Positions 35,976 through 55,737 of a stretch of 64,000 nt of DNA are shown here, in pieces. The position numbers and the translations under genes were made by a program. A model generated the notes under the pieces. The model did not search any database. It saw only the letters and a program-made list of their open reading frames with translations, and was not told the DNA's origin. This DNA is from an uncultured Deinococcaceae bacterium (GTDB lineage Bacteria; Deinococcota; Deinococci; Deinococcales; Deinococcaceae), in NCBI GenBank assembly GCA_964252075.1, contig CAXULY010000007.1, positions 1-64,000 of the forward strand. The letters are read 5' to 3'. Positions within the stretch are counted from its first letter, which is position 1. The number at the start of each line of letters is the position of its first letter.

Positions 35976-36850
35976 CCCTCAGCCGCCCGATCAGGTGCCC
36001 GATCACGCGCTCCAGCGCCCGCTGATCGAACAGCTGCGTCCGCGCGTTCGCCGTGAGCAGGGTGCGCGTCCAGGACAGCACCTGACGGTGCAGGGCGGGG
36101 TCAAGGGTGGCGGCGGACCCCACCAGCGCGTGCAGCCGCATGGTCGCCGGGGCCACGGACAGCCCCATGCGCGCCAGCAGGTCGCGCTGAATGCTTGCGG
36201 AATCGGCCTGCTGCTGCGCCGCCCGCGCGGCGGACGTGCTATTCGGGTGACGCCGGTCGTGCAGCAGGACTTCCGGGAGGTTCGCGAGGTCACCCCGCCC
36301 CAGCAGCCTGGCCAGCAGCGCGTAATCCTCGGCGTGCGGGTGCGTCACCGGGTACCCGCCGACGTCCCGCAGCACCTGAGCGCGCATCACAATGGACGGC
36401 TGACACACCGGGCAGGTGAACAGCATGGCCGCCTCCACCTCGCGAGGGGACGTCGGCAGCGTCCACACGCCGGACACGGACCCGAACAGCCGCGCCCAGC
36501 TGCCCAATACCACCAGTTTCGGGTGAAGCGCCAGGTGCGCGAGTTGCCGCTCCAGTCGCTGCGGCTCCGCGAGGTCGTCCGCGTCCATGCGCGCGATGAA
36601 GTCCGCCCGGCACGCCGACAGGCCGTGATTCAGGGCGCGCGGTGCCCACGGGCTGATTCAGCGACACCAGCCGCACACGATCATCCCGGATGGCCTACAC
36701 CACACGTGCGGTCTGGTCCCCGGAGGCGTCGTCCACCACGATGAGTTCCAGGTCGGCGTGGGTCTGCGTCAGGATGCTGCGAATGGCGGCCTCAACGGTG
36801 CTCGCCGCGTCGCGCGCGGGCATCAGGACCGAGACGGCAGGCGGGCTCAT
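35956..36850 (-). pseudogene. glycosyltransferase family 2 pseudogene
   Basis: MSPPAVSVLMPARD..ELIVVDDASGD, then an in-frame TAG at 36695-36697, then a frameshift near 36635 before ALNHGLSACRADFIARMDADD. Confidence 0.88.
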
Positions 36851-36863
36851 GTCGCGCCCGCAC

Positions 36864-39080
<2,217 letters not shown>

Positions 39081-39105
39081 CTGTAGAGTGTAGCGCGGTC
39101 CGGGG

Positions 39106-39122
39106 CTACGTTCATGGCGTAA
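39106..39122 (-). promoter_or_regulatory. RDRM-like (DdrO-binding) 17-bp palindrome upstream of uvrD
   Basis: TTACGCCATGAACGTAG on the minus strand matches the TTAyG..n..CrTAA RDRM shape and covers the -35 region of a TACACT (-10 at 39087-39092) promoter. Confidence 0.75.
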
Positions 39123-39164
39123 TCATAGGTGGTTTCCGGTGGCCGCCGCGCGGTAGAACGGGGC

Positions 39165-40058
39165 ATGACCCGGCCCATCTGCACGTTTTCCATTGTGGCG
39201 CGCGACCCCCTCACCGGTGACCTGGGCGTGGGGGTCGCCAGCAAGTTCCTCGCGGTGGGCGCCGTGGTGCCCTTTGCGCGTGCGGGCGCGGGCGCGGTGG
39301 CGACGCAGAGCTACGCGAACCCCGCGTACGGCCCGCAGGGGCTCGCGCTGCTGGAGGTGGGCGCGGGCCCGGATGGGGTGCTGGAGGCCTTCCGGCGCAC
39401 AGATCAGGGGCTGGAGCAGCGGCAGTTTGGGGTGGTGAGCGCGCGCGGCGAGGCCGTGACCTTCACGGGTGAGGCGTGTCACCCCTGGGCGGGTGGTCTG
39501 ACGGCGGATGGTGTGGCGGTGCAGGGCAACCTGCTGGCCGGGCCGGAGGTGGTGGAGGCCATGCTCTCGGCGTACCAGGCGAGCCACGACCAGCCCTTCG
39601 CGCGCCGCCTGCTCGCGGCTGTGGTGGCGGGCGACGCGGCGGGCGGGGACCGCCGGGGGCGGCAGAGTGCCGCGCTGCTGTGCGTGGGCACGAGCGAGGA
39701 CGGCCTGGGCAAGGGGTACGGGGGCCTCACGGACCGCTACCTGGACCTGCGCGTGGACGACCACGCCGAGCCCCTGAAGGAACTGGAGCGCCTGCTGGGC
39801 GTGCACGACTTGCTGTTCGGGCGGCCCGAGCACCCGCGCGCGGTGACGGACGCGGAACTGGGGTGGCTGCGTGCGCTGCTGGTGCGGGAGGGCTACGCCG
39901 AGGCGCTGCCGGAGGGCGCGTGGGAGGCGCGGACGGAGCAGGCGCTGTGGGACCTGTTCGGCACGGAGAACCTGGAGGAGCGCTGGGTGGCGGGCGGGCA
40001 GGTGGACCCGGTGGCGCTGGCGTACCTCAGCGAGAAATTCGGTGGGCGCATAGAGTAG
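39165..40058 (+). CDS. DUF1028 family Ntn-hydrolase-like protein with a C-terminal peptidoglycan-binding-like domain
   Basis: [52 protein letters not shown] and ENLEER. Confidence 0.88.
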   Translation: MTRPICTFSIVARDPLTGDLGVGVASKFLAVGAVVPFARAGAGAVATQSYANPAYGPQGLALLEVGAGPDGVLEAFRRTDQGLEQRQFGVVSARGEAVTFTGEACHPWAGGLTADGVAVQGNLLAGPEVVEAMLSAYQASHDQPFARRLLAAVVAGDAAGGDRRGRQSAALLCVGTSEDGLGKGYGGLTDRYLDLRVDDHAEPLKELERLLGVHDLLFGRPEHPRAVTDAELGWLRALLVREGYAEALPEGAWEARTEQALWDLFGTENLEERWVAGGQVDPVALAYLSEKFGGRIE

Positions 40059-40062
40059 GGGC

Positions 40063-40530
40063 ATGCGCCTCTCCTCGACGGACATTTACGCCTTTCAAGC
40101 GCTCGGTTACCTGGGCACGCAGGAACCCACCCGCTGGGTGTCCAGCGATGAGATCAGCGAGCACACGGACGTGGCGCGGCCTTACCTGGTGCGCATCCTG
40201 GCGGCGCTCTCCGCGAAGGGCGTGGTGAAGTCCAAGAAGGGCATTGGGGGTGGGTACGCGCTGTCGCGCAAGCCGCACCTGATCAGCCTGTGCGAGGTGG
40301 TGCGGGCGGTGGACGGCCCGGTGGCGCCGCTGTCGTGCATCAGCCTGAACTGGCATGAGGACTGCGAGGTGCAGGACCGCTGTCATGCGCGCAACACCAT
40401 TTACGTGCGGATGCGGGACGCGATGCTGGGGGTGCTGCAGGAGTTCAGCGTGGCGGACCTGGTGGTGGACATGCGGCAGGGCGTGACGTACCACCCGTGC
40501 CTGTCGCACCTGCTCAAGCCGAACCCCTGA
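40063..40530 (+). CDS. Rrf2 family transcriptional regulator
   Basis: [33 protein letters not shown] and a three-Cys motif [17 protein letters not shown]. Confidence 0.92.
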   Translation: MRLSSTDIYAFQALGYLGTQEPTRWVSSDEISEHTDVARPYLVRILAALSAKGVVKSKKGIGGGYALSRKPHLISLCEVVRAVDGPVAPLSCISLNWHEDCEVQDRCHARNTIYVRMRDAMLGVLQEFSVADLVVDMRQGVTYHPCLSHLLKPNP

Positions 40531-40577
40531 GGGACCGATGGGCGCCGCGGGGGCGCGAGGGGCGGTGCCCCTATACA

Positions 40578-40623
40578 AGTTGATGCCTTTTGTCACCTGA
40601 TTTAATTACACTTTTGGTCAAGT
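40578..40623. promoter_or_regulatory. candidate Rrf2-type operator(s) upstream of the DUF4395-sir operon
   Basis: AGTTGA-N9-TCACCT at 40578-40598 and a second half-site TCAAGT at 40618-40623, in an AT-rich island around TACACT at 40607-40612. Confidence 0.6.
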
Positions 40624-40643
40624 ATGTGGTGGAGGATGGACCA

Positions 40644-41069
40644 GTGCTGACCGACCTGAACGCCCTGAAATTCAACCAGATCACCGTCGTGCTGCTGACG
40701 GCCCTCGCGCTGCTGGCACGAATGCCGTGGCTGGCGGGCGCGCTGGGCGCGGCCATGCTGGTCGGGGCGAGGTGGCCTTCCGCGTCCCCCCTGCGCGCCC
40801 TGTATCGCGCGGCCTCCCGTGTGTGCGGCTGGACGCCGCAGGTGGTGCAGGAGGACCCCCGCGCGCATCACTTCGCGCAGGGTGTGGGCGGCAGCGTGCT
40901 GCTGCTGTGCGGCGCGGCGGGCCTGCTCGGCTTTACACTGCTGGGCGCCGCGCTCGGGGTGCTGGTGATGGCCCTGGCCCTGCTGAACCTGACCTCAAGC
41001 ATCTGCGTGGGTTGCCTGATGTACCACCAGTGGCGCCTGCTGCGCCACCGCTGGACCCACGCCCAGTAA
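40644..41069 (+). CDS. DUF4395 family membrane protein
   Basis: TDLNALKFNQ, EDPRAHHFAQGVG and LNL...ICVGCLMY. GGAGG RBS before GTG 40644. Confidence 0.82.
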   Translation: MLTDLNALKFNQITVVLLTALALLARMPWLAGALGAAMLVGARWPSASPLRALYRAASRVCGWTPQVVQEDPRAHHFAQGVGGSVLLLCGAAGLLGFTLLGAALGVLVMALALLNLTSSICVGCLMYHQWRLLRHRWTHAQ

Positions 41070-41160
41070 GTCCACCCGCCCGCCACAGCGGCCTCCGGGC
41101 CGCGCGTGAATGGCTGACCGCGAATCCCTTCCCTGTTTTCCCCAAGGAGCCTCAAGCCCC

Positions 41161-42704
<1,544 letters not shown>

Positions 42705-42708
<4 letters not shown>

Positions 42709-43245
42709 CCCACGTGCAGGCTCCACCCACCTCCGGCACCGGCCGGGTGGTGTGGTTCACGGGCCTGTCCGGGGCGGGCAAGAGCACCCTCGCGACCGCC
42801 CTCAAGTCCGAGCTGGACGCACGCGGCGTGCCCGTAGAGCTGCTGGACGGCGATGCGGTGCGCGAGCACCTGAGCAAGGGCCTGGGCTTCACGCGCGAGG
42901 ACCGCGACACGAATGTGCGGCGCATCGCCTTCGTGGCGGGCCTCCTCGCGCGGCACGGCGTGACGGTGCTGGTGAGCGCCATCAGCCCCTACCGCGACAC
43001 GCGCGCCGAGGTGCTGTCCGCCCTGCCGAACGCGCTGGAGGTGTTCGTGGACGCGCCACTGGAGGTGGTGACGGCGCGCGACGTGAAGGGCCTGTACCTG
43101 CGCGCCATCGCGGGCGAGATCCCACACTTCACGGGCGTAAGCGACCCCTACGAGGCGCCGCTGAGCCCAGGCCTGCACCTGCGCACCGACCAGCTGACCG
43201 AGGCGGAGTGCCTGTCGCGCCTGCTGGCCGCCCTGGAGGTGCAGC

Positions 43246-43259
<14 letters not shown>
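42705..43259 (+). CDS. cysC: adenylyl-sulfate kinase
   Basis: [40 protein letters not shown] and [11 protein letters not shown]. Confidence 0.95.
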
Positions 43260-43914
<655 letters not shown>

Positions 43915-43964
43915 CACGGCGTTGGACCGCGCGATGTTCCCCGCGCCTTTTTTCGTGCCGAAAT

Positions 43965-43985
43965 AGTTGAGTCAAGTGCTCAACT
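43965..43985. promoter_or_regulatory. candidate Rrf2-type operator upstream of sat
   Basis: Perfect palindrome AGTTGAG-N7-CTCAACT (AGTTGA-N9-TCAACT), the same geometry as the site at 40578. Confidence 0.65.
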
Positions 43986-44021
43986 GAGTGACGCCCCTTC
44001 CCCCTCTCTCGAAAGGTCCCC

Positions 44022-45170
<1,149 letters not shown>

Positions 45171-45273
45171 AGACCGAGTGAAGCTCCCGCCCGTATCTAT
45201 TCAGGCGGTGATCCCCGACGCTGAGGGGCAAACGGCCCCCCGTCCAGATCACCGCTCCATCAGGAGGTCCAGC

Positions 45274-46260
45274 ATGCGCGCACTTGCCCTCGTCCGAAGT
45301 CTTTCGCTGGCGGCGCTCGCCGTCACGCCCGTCGCGGTCGCCCAGAAGGCCAGCACGGTCCGCATCGGGTACTTCCCGAACCTCACGCACGCCGCCGCGC
45401 TCGTCGCGCTGCAGAAGGGGTACTTCGCGAAGGCCTTCGGGAGTGTGAAGGTGGACGCCAAGAGCTTCGTGTCCGGCACCAGCCTGAACGAGGCCTTCGC
45501 GGCGGGGCAGATTGACATCGGGTACATCGGGCCGGGCCCCGCCATCAACGGCGCGGCGCAGGGCCTGCCGCTGCAGATCATCGCGGGCGCGAGCAACGCG
45601 GGCGCGGTGGTGGTGGCGCGCAAGGACGTGAAGATCGCGTCGTACAAGGACCTCGCCGGGAAGAAGGTCGGGGTGCCCAGCCTGGGGAACACGCAGGACA
45701 TATCTTTGCGGCATATCCTGAAGGAGAGCGGCCTGAAGGCGCAGTCGGATGGCGGGAACGTCACCATCCAACCCGTCGCGCCGGCGGACGTGGCGGCGGC
45801 CTTCGCGAGCAGGCAGATTGACGCGGCCATCGTGCCGGAGCCGTGGGGCGCGGCGCTTGAGGCGCAGGGGAACAAGCTGGTGGGGGACGAGAAGACCGTG
45901 TGGCGGGACGGCAATTACCCCACCACGGTCGTGATCGTGAACACGAAGTTTGCGGCGGAGAACCCGGACCTCGTGAACGCCTTCCTGCGCGCGCACCTGC
46001 AGGCCCTCGCGCTCATCCAGAAGAGCCCCGCCGCGGCGAGCGCCGCCGTGAACGCCAAGCTCACGGACCTGACCGGGCAGAAGCTCGACCCGCGCGTGCT
46101 GCAGCGCGCCTTCAAGCGCACGATCTTCACGTCCAGCGTGGACGTGGACGCCCTCAAGGAGTACGGCGCGCTGAACCAGGAGGCGGGCTACGCGCGCCGC
46201 CTGCCGGACTGGAACCAGCTCGTGAACACGAGCGTGCTGCAGGGCCTCGGGGGCAAGTAA
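45274..46260 (+). CDS. SsuA/NitT/TauT-type ABC transporter substrate-binding protein
   Basis: Signal peptide, [29 protein letters not shown] and VPEPWG. AGGAGG RBS. Confidence 0.88.
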   Translation: MRALALVRSLSLAALAVTPVAVAQKASTVRIGYFPNLTHAAALVALQKGYFAKAFGSVKVDAKSFVSGTSLNEAFAAGQIDIGYIGPGPAINGAAQGLPLQIIAGASNAGAVVVARKDVKIASYKDLAGKKVGVPSLGNTQDISLRHILKESGLKAQSDGGNVTIQPVAPADVAAAFASRQIDAAIVPEPWGAALEAQGNKLVGDEKTVWRDGNYPTTVVIVNTKFAAENPDLVNAFLRAHLQALALIQKSPAAASAAVNAKLTDLTGQKLDPRVLQRAFKRTIFTSSVDVDALKEYGALNQEAGYARRLPDWNQLVNTSVLQGLGGK

Positions 46261-47072
46261 TGGCGCTCGCGGCGCGACCGGCGGGGCCGCGCCGCCGCCC
46301 TGTGTGGCTGTGGCAGGCGCTGGGCCTGCTGGTGCTGCTGGGCGTGTGGTACCTCATCACGGACGTGCTGCACGTGTGGCCGCCCTACGTGATTCCCGGC
46401 CCGGACCGCGTGTGGGAGGAAATCCGCTTTGGCCTCGGTGGGCCCGGCCCGCAGGACGGGAAGCTCCTCTCGGCGGTCGGGAACAGCCTGCAGCGCGTCG
46501 CGATCGGGTACGTGATCGCGGTGGCGCTGGGCCTGCTGGTGGGCCTCGTGCTGGCGTCGTGGCGGGGCCTGCGCGATACGGTCGGCGCGTACCTGACGGC
46601 GGTGCAGAGCATCCCCAGCATCGCGTTCGTGCCGCTCGCCATCCTGGTGTTCGGGCTGAACGAGCGCTCCGTGCTGTTCGTGGTGATCCTGGAGGGCTTT
46701 ATTCCGGTGGCGCTGAGCGTGTCGAGCGCGCTGCTGAACGTGCCGCCCGCGTGGCGCACGGCGGGCCGCACGCTGGGCGCGCGGGGCCTCGCCCTGACCC
46801 TGAAGGTCACGCTGCCCGCGAGCCTCCCGCAGGCCGTGACGGGCCTGCGCACCGCGTGGAGCTTCTCGTGGCGCGCGCTGATCGGCGCGGAACTCCTGAC
46901 CAGCAACCCCGGCCTGGGGCAGTTGTTGGAGACTGGGCGCAACACCGCGAACATGGCGCTGGTGCTCGCGACCATCATCATCGTGGGTGTGGTGGGTGGG
47001 CTGTTCGACGCGCTGATTCGCGCGTGGGAGGGCCGCCTGCGGCGTGAATACGGCTTGGAGGTGACCGCATGA
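46260..47072 (+). CDS. SsuC/TauC-type ABC transporter permease
   Basis: [28 protein letters not shown] and [17 protein letters not shown] overlaps the upstream TAA. Confidence 0.9.
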   Translation: MALAARPAGPRRRPVWLWQALGLLVLLGVWYLITDVLHVWPPYVIPGPDRVWEEIRFGLGGPGPQDGKLLSAVGNSLQRVAIGYVIAVALGLLVGLVLASWRGLRDTVGAYLTAVQSIPSIAFVPLAILVFGLNERSVLFVVILEGFIPVALSVSSALLNVPPAWRTAGRTLGARGLALTLKVTLPASLPQAVTGLRTAWSFSWRALIGAELLTSNPGLGQLLETGRNTANMALVLATIIIVGVVGGLFDALIRAWEGRLRREYGLEVTA

Positions 47073-47818
47073 TTTCCACCCAGGGGCGTGCTACACCGGT
47101 GGGCGTGAAGGCTTCCGGCGCGCGCGGCGCCACCCTGGCGCTCAAGGACGTGAGCCACCGCTACGGCGTGGGCGGCGCGGGCGTCGGGCCGCTGAGCCTC
47201 ACGGTGCCGCCCGGCGATTTCGTGTGCGTGGTGGGGCCGTCCGGGAGCGGCAAGAGCACCCTGCTGGGCCTCCTGGCGGGCTTCCTGCGCCCGCAGGTGG
47301 GCGAGGTGCAGATCGCGGGTCAGGCGCTGCGCGGCCCGGACCGCCGCCTCACGCTGGTGCAGCAGGAGCACGCGCTGTTCCCGTGGCGCACGGTGGAGGG
47401 CAACGTGGCCTTCGGGCTGGAGTGCCGCGGCGTGAAGCCCGCCGAGCGCCGCGAGCGGGCGCGCGCCGCACTCGCGCTGGTGGGCTTGCAGGACTACGCG
47501 CGCCGCCGCGTGCACGAACTCTCGGGCGGGCAGCGGCAGCGGGTGTCCATCGCGCGGGCGCTCGCCATCGAACCGGAACTGCTGCTGCTGGACGAGCCGT
47601 TCAGCGCGCTGGACATCGCGACGCGGCACGCGCTGGGCGCGGAACTGCTGGGCATCTGGCGCGAGACGGGCACGACCGTGGTGTTCGTGACGCACAACCT
47701 CGACGAGGCGCTGTCCCTGGGACAGCGCGTGGTGGCGCTGCGGGACGGCGAGGTGGCGCTGGACGAACGGGCGGACGGCCTGGACCGCGCGCACCTGGAG
47801 ACGCTGTTCAGCCAGTAA
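47069..47818 (+). CDS. SsuB/TauB-type ABC transporter ATP-binding protein
   Basis: [33 protein letters not shown] and VTHNLDEA. Confidence 0.92.
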   Translation: MISTQGRATPVGVKASGARGATLALKDVSHRYGVGGAGVGPLSLTVPPGDFVCVVGPSGSGKSTLLGLLAGFLRPQVGEVQIAGQALRGPDRRLTLVQQEHALFPWRTVEGNVAFGLECRGVKPAERRERARAALALVGLQDYARRRVHELSGGQRQRVSIARALAIEPELLLLDEPFSALDIATRHALGAELLGIWRETGTTVVFVTHNLDEALSLGQRVVALRDGEVALDERADGLDRAHLETLFSQ

Positions 47819-47819
47819 T

Positions 47820-47844
47820 AGGGAGGGCGGCGTCCGCCCTCCCT
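47820..47844. terminator. hairpin between convergent genes
   Basis: AGGGAGGGCGG-CGT-CCGCCCTCCCT. Confidence 0.7.
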
Positions 47845-47852
47845 GTTGTGCC

Positions 47853-48932
47853 TCAGGAGAGGCTGGGCGTGGCGGTTCCGGCGGCGATCTCCGCGCGCAC
47901 GAGGGGCGCGACGCGCGTGCCGAGCAGTTCGATGGCGCGCATGATGCTGGCGTGCGGGAGCGTCCCGACGCTCAGCTGCAGCAGGAAGCGCTGGTGCTGG
48001 AAGAGGCCGTGCTGGTACACGATCTTCTCCGCGACCTGCTCCGGGTCCCCGATGACGAGTGCGCCGCGCAGGGTGGTGGACGCGTCGAACTGCTCGCGGG
48101 TGTAGGGAGGCCAGCCGCGCTCGCGCCCGAGCTGGTTCATGACCTGGGCGTGCGCGGGGTACGCCTCGTCGCGCGCGGCCTGCGCGGTGTCCGCGATGAA
48201 GCCGTGCGAGTTGATGCTGACGGGCAGCGTGGCGGGGTCGTGCCCGGCGGCGGTGGCGGCGCGGCGGTACAGGTCCACGAGCGGCGCGAAGCGCTCGGGG
48301 AGGCCGCCGATGATCGCGACGGCCATGGGGAGGCCGAGGGTGCCCGCGCGCACAGCGGACTGCGGGGTGCCGCCCACCGCGACCCACACGGGCAGCGGGG
48401 TCTGCAGGGGGCGCGGGAAGATGGGCTGCCCGGTGAGGGCGGGGCGGTGGCGGCCACTCCACGTGACGCGCTCCGACTCGCGGAGCTTCAGGAGCAGGCC
48501 GAGCTTCTCGTCGAAGAGGTCGTCGTAGTCGTTCAGGTCGTACCCGAACAGCGGGAAGGACTCGATGAAGGACCCGCGGCCCGCCATGACTTCCGCCCGC
48601 CCGCCCGAGAGCAGGTCGAGGGTCGAGAAGTCCTGGAAGACGCGCACGGGGTCGTCGCTGCTCAGGACGGTGACGGCGCTCGTGAGGCGGATGCGGCGGG
48701 TGCGGGCGGCGGCAGCGGCGAGCACCACGGCCGGCGCGGACACCACGTACTCGGGGCGGTGGTGCTCGCCGAGCCCGAACACGTCGAGGCCCACCTGATC
48801 GGCGAGTTCGATCTCCTCCAGGAGGTCCTTGAGGCGCTGCTCGGCGGTGACGAGGTGGCCGCTGGGGTCGGGGGTGCGTTCCCCGAAGGTGTAAAGCCCG
48901 ATCTCGAAGGGCGGGGTCGTGGGATTGGTCAT
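47853..48932 (-). CDS. LLM class (luciferase-like) flavin-dependent oxidoreductase
   Basis: [45 protein letters not shown] and VGGTPQS. Confidence 0.9.
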   Translation of the reverse strand: MTNPTTPPFEIGLYTFGERTPDPSGHLVTAEQRLKDLLEEIELADQVGLDVFGLGEHHRPEYVVSAPAVVLAAAAARTRRIRLTSAVTVLSSDDPVRVFQDFSTLDLLSGGRAEVMAGRGSFIESFPLFGYDLNDYDDLFDEKLGLLLKLRESERVTWSGRHRPALTGQPIFPRPLQTPLPVWVAVGGTPQSAVRAGTLGLPMAVAIIGGLPERFAPLVDLYRRAATAAGHDPATLPVSINSHGFIADTAQAARDEAYPAHAQVMNQLGRERGWPPYTREQFDASTTLRGALVIGDPEQVAEKIVYQHGLFQHQRFLLQLSVGTLPHASIMRAIELLGTRVAPLVRAEIAAGTATPSLS

Positions 48933-49059
48933 GGTATCTGTATTTTAGCACAAAGCGCTTTGCTTTATAAAGCGTGACTGCCAGCCGCACTTGTCTACGC
49001 CCGAGGTGCCCGCCGCCAGGCCCGCATACGCTATCCTGTTCCTCACGTGCTCCGGCACG

Positions 49060-49186
49060 TCCCATCCAGAGCGCCCGAGGGACCTGGCCCGACTGAAGGC
49101 GCAGCAACCGGCCATCATCACGGCGACGGTGCTCAAGCCAGCCCGAAGCGCGTGGCCGACGATGGCCAACAGCCGGGACCGATGGA
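49060..49186 (+). ncRNA. SAM-I (S-box) riboswitch
   Basis: CCATCCAGAG, GAGGGACCTGGCCC, TGAAG, CAGCAACC, ACGGTGCT and closing GATGG, directly upstream of metH. TATCCT -10 at 49032. Confidence 0.9.
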
Positions 49187-49264
49187 GCCGGGAAGCAGAC
49201 CACGCGCGGGCGAACACGCCCCGCAGCTGAACACCCTCAGGCTCCGCGCCAAGCGGAGGCACCC

Positions 49265-52908
<3,644 letters not shown>

Positions 52909-52912
<4 letters not shown>

Positions 52913-53700
52913 GCCAGATCCTGCCCGACGCGCGCCCCGCCCCAGACGCCCCGCGCGTCACGCGCATCTCGGTGGAGCTGGTGCCACGAGATGTGGAGCA
53001 CCTGCAGGCGGAGCTAGGCACCATCCGCGCGCACCTGCCGGGCGTGGACACCGTGAACGTGCCGGACCTGCTGCGCTTCAAGCTGAGAAGCTGGCAGGGC
53101 TGCGCCGCCGCCCGCCCGCACGTCTCGCACACCATTCCGCACATCCGCGCGATTGACATCAATCCGCAGCGGCCCCTCCCGATGGCGCAGGACCTGCTGG
53201 ACCACGGCATCCGCGAGGTGCTGATCGTGACGGGCGACCCGCCCGCCGACATGAGCCGCCGCGTGTACCACACGACGGCGCTGGAGATCATCCGGAAGTT
53301 CGGGCGGGAACTGCCGGGCGTGAAGGTGTACGCGGGCCTCGACCCGTACCGGCAGGGCTTCACGCAGGAGCGCGATTACGCCCTCGCGAAGCTGGAGGCG
53401 GGCGCGGCGGGCTTCTTCACGCAGCCGTTCTTCGACCGGCGCCTGATGGACCTGTACGCGGACCTGCTGCCCCCGGAGGCGGAGGTGTTCTGGGGCGTCA
53501 CGACGGTCCTGACGGAGCGCACGCTGGGGTACTGGGAGTCGCGCAACCGCGCGATCTTCCCGCGGACCTTCGCGCCCACCCTGGAGTGGAACCGCGCGAT
53601 GGCGCGCGAGGCGCTGGCGTTCGCGCGGGAGCGGCGGCAGCACGCGTACTTCATGCCGGTGCGCGCGGACCTGAAGGCGTACCTGGAAGGCATCCTCTAG
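52909..53700 (+). CDS. metF: methylenetetrahydrofolate reductase (divergent, short form)
   Basis: [23 protein letters not shown] and [19 protein letters not shown] overlaps the metH stop. Confidence 0.82.
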
Positions 53701-53710
53701 GCGCGCCGCT

Positions 53711-54976
53711 TCACGCGTCCTGCGGCGCGGGCATGCGCCGCAGGCGCGCGAGTGGGGAGCACGCGGCGGGCAGCACCCCCAGGATCGCGCCGATGGCGCA
53801 CACGAGGATCGCCTCGCGCACCCCGAGTCGCGTGGCGAGGACGCCGCCCAGCAGGGCGCCCACGGCGCCCGCGCCGTACACCAGGAAGCGGTGGCTGGCC
53901 GTGACGCGCCCCTGCAGGTGGTCGGGCGTGACGATCTGCCTCAAGCTCCACTGCTGCACGTTCGCGATGGTGTCCGCGAGGCCGCCGAGCAGCTGGGCGG
54001 CGGCGAGCACCGCGAGAATCACGCCGAGCGGCCCGGTCACGAGCGGCACCGCGAGGCCCGTCAGCGCCCACAGCAGGTACCCGAGGATAATGGCGGGGCC
54101 CACGCCGAGGCGGGCGGCGACGCCGCGCGTCAGGAGGGCGCCGGGAATCGCGCCGAGGCCACCGGCGGCGGCGAGCAGCCCAATGAGGCCGGGCGTGAGG
54201 TGCAGGGTGCGGGTGGCATACAGCACGTACTCGGCGCTCATCGCGGCGCCGAACAGCACCATCGGCACGCTGGACAGGATGACGGGCCGCAGCAGCGGGT
54301 GCCCGAGCAGGCCGCGCAGGCCCTGCGCGATCTCGCCGCCGATGTGCGCGTGGGCGCGCGCGGGGAGGGGCGGCTCGGGGCGCTGGATGCGCCAGATGAA
54401 CCCGGCGGACGCCAGGAAGCTGAGTGCGTCGAACAGCAGCGCAAAGGGCGCGCCGAGCGCCTGCACGACCACGCCGCCCAGGCCCGGCCCGGCCGCTTCG
54501 GCGGCGGAGTGACTGACCTGCAACCGCGCGTTGCCGTCCAGCAGGTGGTCCTTGGGGAGCACCGAGGGCACGTAGGCGAACTGCGCGACCTCGAAGCACA
54601 CGCTGAGGGTGCCGGTCAGGAACGCGACGAGGTACAGCTGCGTGATGCCGAGCGTGTGCAGCCACGCGGCGATGGGCACCGTGAAGAGCAGCGCGGCGCG
54701 CAGCAGGTCGCTCCAGATCAGCAGGGGTTTGCGGCGCGTGCGGTCCACCCAGACGCCCGTGAGCAGGCTGAAGAGCAGGAAGGGCAGTTGCCCGGCCGCG
54801 CCGAGCACGCCCATCTGGAGGGGCGTGGCGTGCAGGCCCACCGCGGCAATGAGGGGCAGGGCCAGGCTGGTGAGCTGCGTGCCGAACAGTGAGACCGTCT
54901 GCGCAGACCACAGGCGGCGGAAGTCGGGGCTCTGCCAGGCGGTCCTGGGTGCGGCCTGTTTCTGTTTGGCGATCAT
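53711..54976 (-). CDS. MFS transporter (MFS_3/DHA3-like)
   Basis: FRRLWSAQTVSLFG, GVWVDRTRRK, DALSFLASA and PDHLQGRV, with about 12 hydrophobic segments. Confidence 0.9.
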   Translation of the reverse strand: MIAKQKQAAPRTAWQSPDFRRLWSAQTVSLFGTQLTSLALPLIAAVGLHATPLQMGVLGAAGQLPFLLFSLLTGVWVDRTRRKPLLIWSDLLRAALLFTVPIAAWLHTLGITQLYLVAFLTGTLSVCFEVAQFAYVPSVLPKDHLLDGNARLQVSHSAAEAAGPGLGGVVVQALGAPFALLFDALSFLASAGFIWRIQRPEPPLPARAHAHIGGEIAQGLRGLLGHPLLRPVILSSVPMVLFGAAMSAEYVLYATRTLHLTPGLIGLLAAAGGLGAIPGALLTRGVAARLGVGPAIILGYLLWALTGLAVPLVTGPLGVILAVLAAAQLLGGLADTIANVQQWSLRQIVTPDHLQGRVTASHRFLVYGAGAVGALLGGVLATRLGVREAILVCAIGAILGVLPAACSPLARLRRMPAPQDA

Positions 54977-54991
54977 GGTCACCCCACTGGC

Positions 54992-55062
54992 CTTACCACC
55001 CAAATTGTTTTCTAGGGTAAGTCCACGGCGACCTTACCATCGAAGAAGCCTTGAGGTGTAAG
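54992..55062. promoter_or_regulatory. tandem inverted-repeat operator candidate CTTACC-N18-GGTAAG (two copies)
   Basis: Copy 1 at 54992-55021 is perfect. Copy 2 at 55033-55062 is CTTACC-N18-TGTAAG. Both sit between divergent MFS and CGNR genes. Confidence 0.6.
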
Positions 55063-55070
55063 AATGAAGC

Positions 55071-55727
55071 ATGCCGCAAGGACCGCGCAACAAGCAGACG
55101 CTGGGGCACGGCCGCGAACCGCTCATGCCGCGCCTGCTCGGCGGGCGACTGGGCCTGGACTTCGTGAACACACGGGACGCGCCCCTCTCCCCGCAGCCCA
55201 CGGAGTTCCTGACGGACTACGCCGCCCTCGCACGCTGGGGGCACCACGTCGGGCTGTACGACGAGGCGCGGCGGGACGCGTTGCTGGCCCTCGCCGCGCG
55301 CCAGCCGGCCGAGGCGCAGCGCGCGTTCGAGCGCGCCCTCACGCTGCGCGCCGCGAGCCACGGCACGTTCCTGGCGCTGGCGCACGGGCGCGCGCCCGGG
55401 GCGGCGGACCTGCGCGTCATCCAGCAGCTGTACGCCGACGCCCTGACGCAGGCAGCCCTCACGCTCGGCGCGGCGGGTGTGGCCTGGACGTGGCCCGACG
55501 ACGACCACCTGGAGCGCGTCACGTGGGCGGTGCTGCGCTCCACGGTGGAGCTGCTGACCTCACCCGACGTGGCGCGCGTGAAGGAGTGCCCCGGCTGCGG
55601 GGACTGCGGGTGGCTGTTCCTGGACAGCAGCAAGAACGGCACGCGGCAGTGGTGCAGCATGGAGGGCTGCGGGAGCCGCGCCAAGATGCGGCGCCACTAC
55701 CGCCGCAGTCAGGGCGCGGACGCCTGA
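55071..55727 (+). CDS. ABATE domain / CGNR zinc finger protein (DUF1470), putative regulator
   Basis: GGRLGLDFVNT, and RVKECPGCGDCGWLFLDSSKNGTRQWCSMEGCGSRAKMRRH. ATG 55125 is an alternative start. Confidence 0.9.
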   Translation: MPQGPRNKQTLGHGREPLMPRLLGGRLGLDFVNTRDAPLSPQPTEFLTDYAALARWGHHVGLYDEARRDALLALAARQPAEAQRAFERALTLRAASHGTFLALAHGRAPGAADLRVIQQLYADALTQAALTLGAAGVAWTWPDDDHLERVTWAVLRSTVELLTSPDVARVKECPGCGDCGWLFLDSSKNGTRQWCSMEGCGSRAKMRRHYRRSQGADA

Positions 55728-55737
55728 GGGCGCGGGC

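Noticed and set aside
36695..36697. In-frame TAG as pyrrolysine or programmed readthrough
   Set aside because: A separate frameshift follows about 60 nt later and there are no pyl genes in the window. Pseudogenisation is the simpler explanation.
40624..40650. Tiny ORF MWWRMDQC* overlapping the DUF4395 start as a cysteine-sensing leader
   Set aside because: It has only one Cys, no SD, and is not at leaderless distance from the likely -10. DUF4395 has its own GGAGG.
47853..48932. LLM oxidoreductase as SsuD for the ABC transporter
   Set aside because: It is convergent and separately promoted, and its motifs fit a generic luciferase-like subfamily rather than SsuD. A role cannot be fully excluded.
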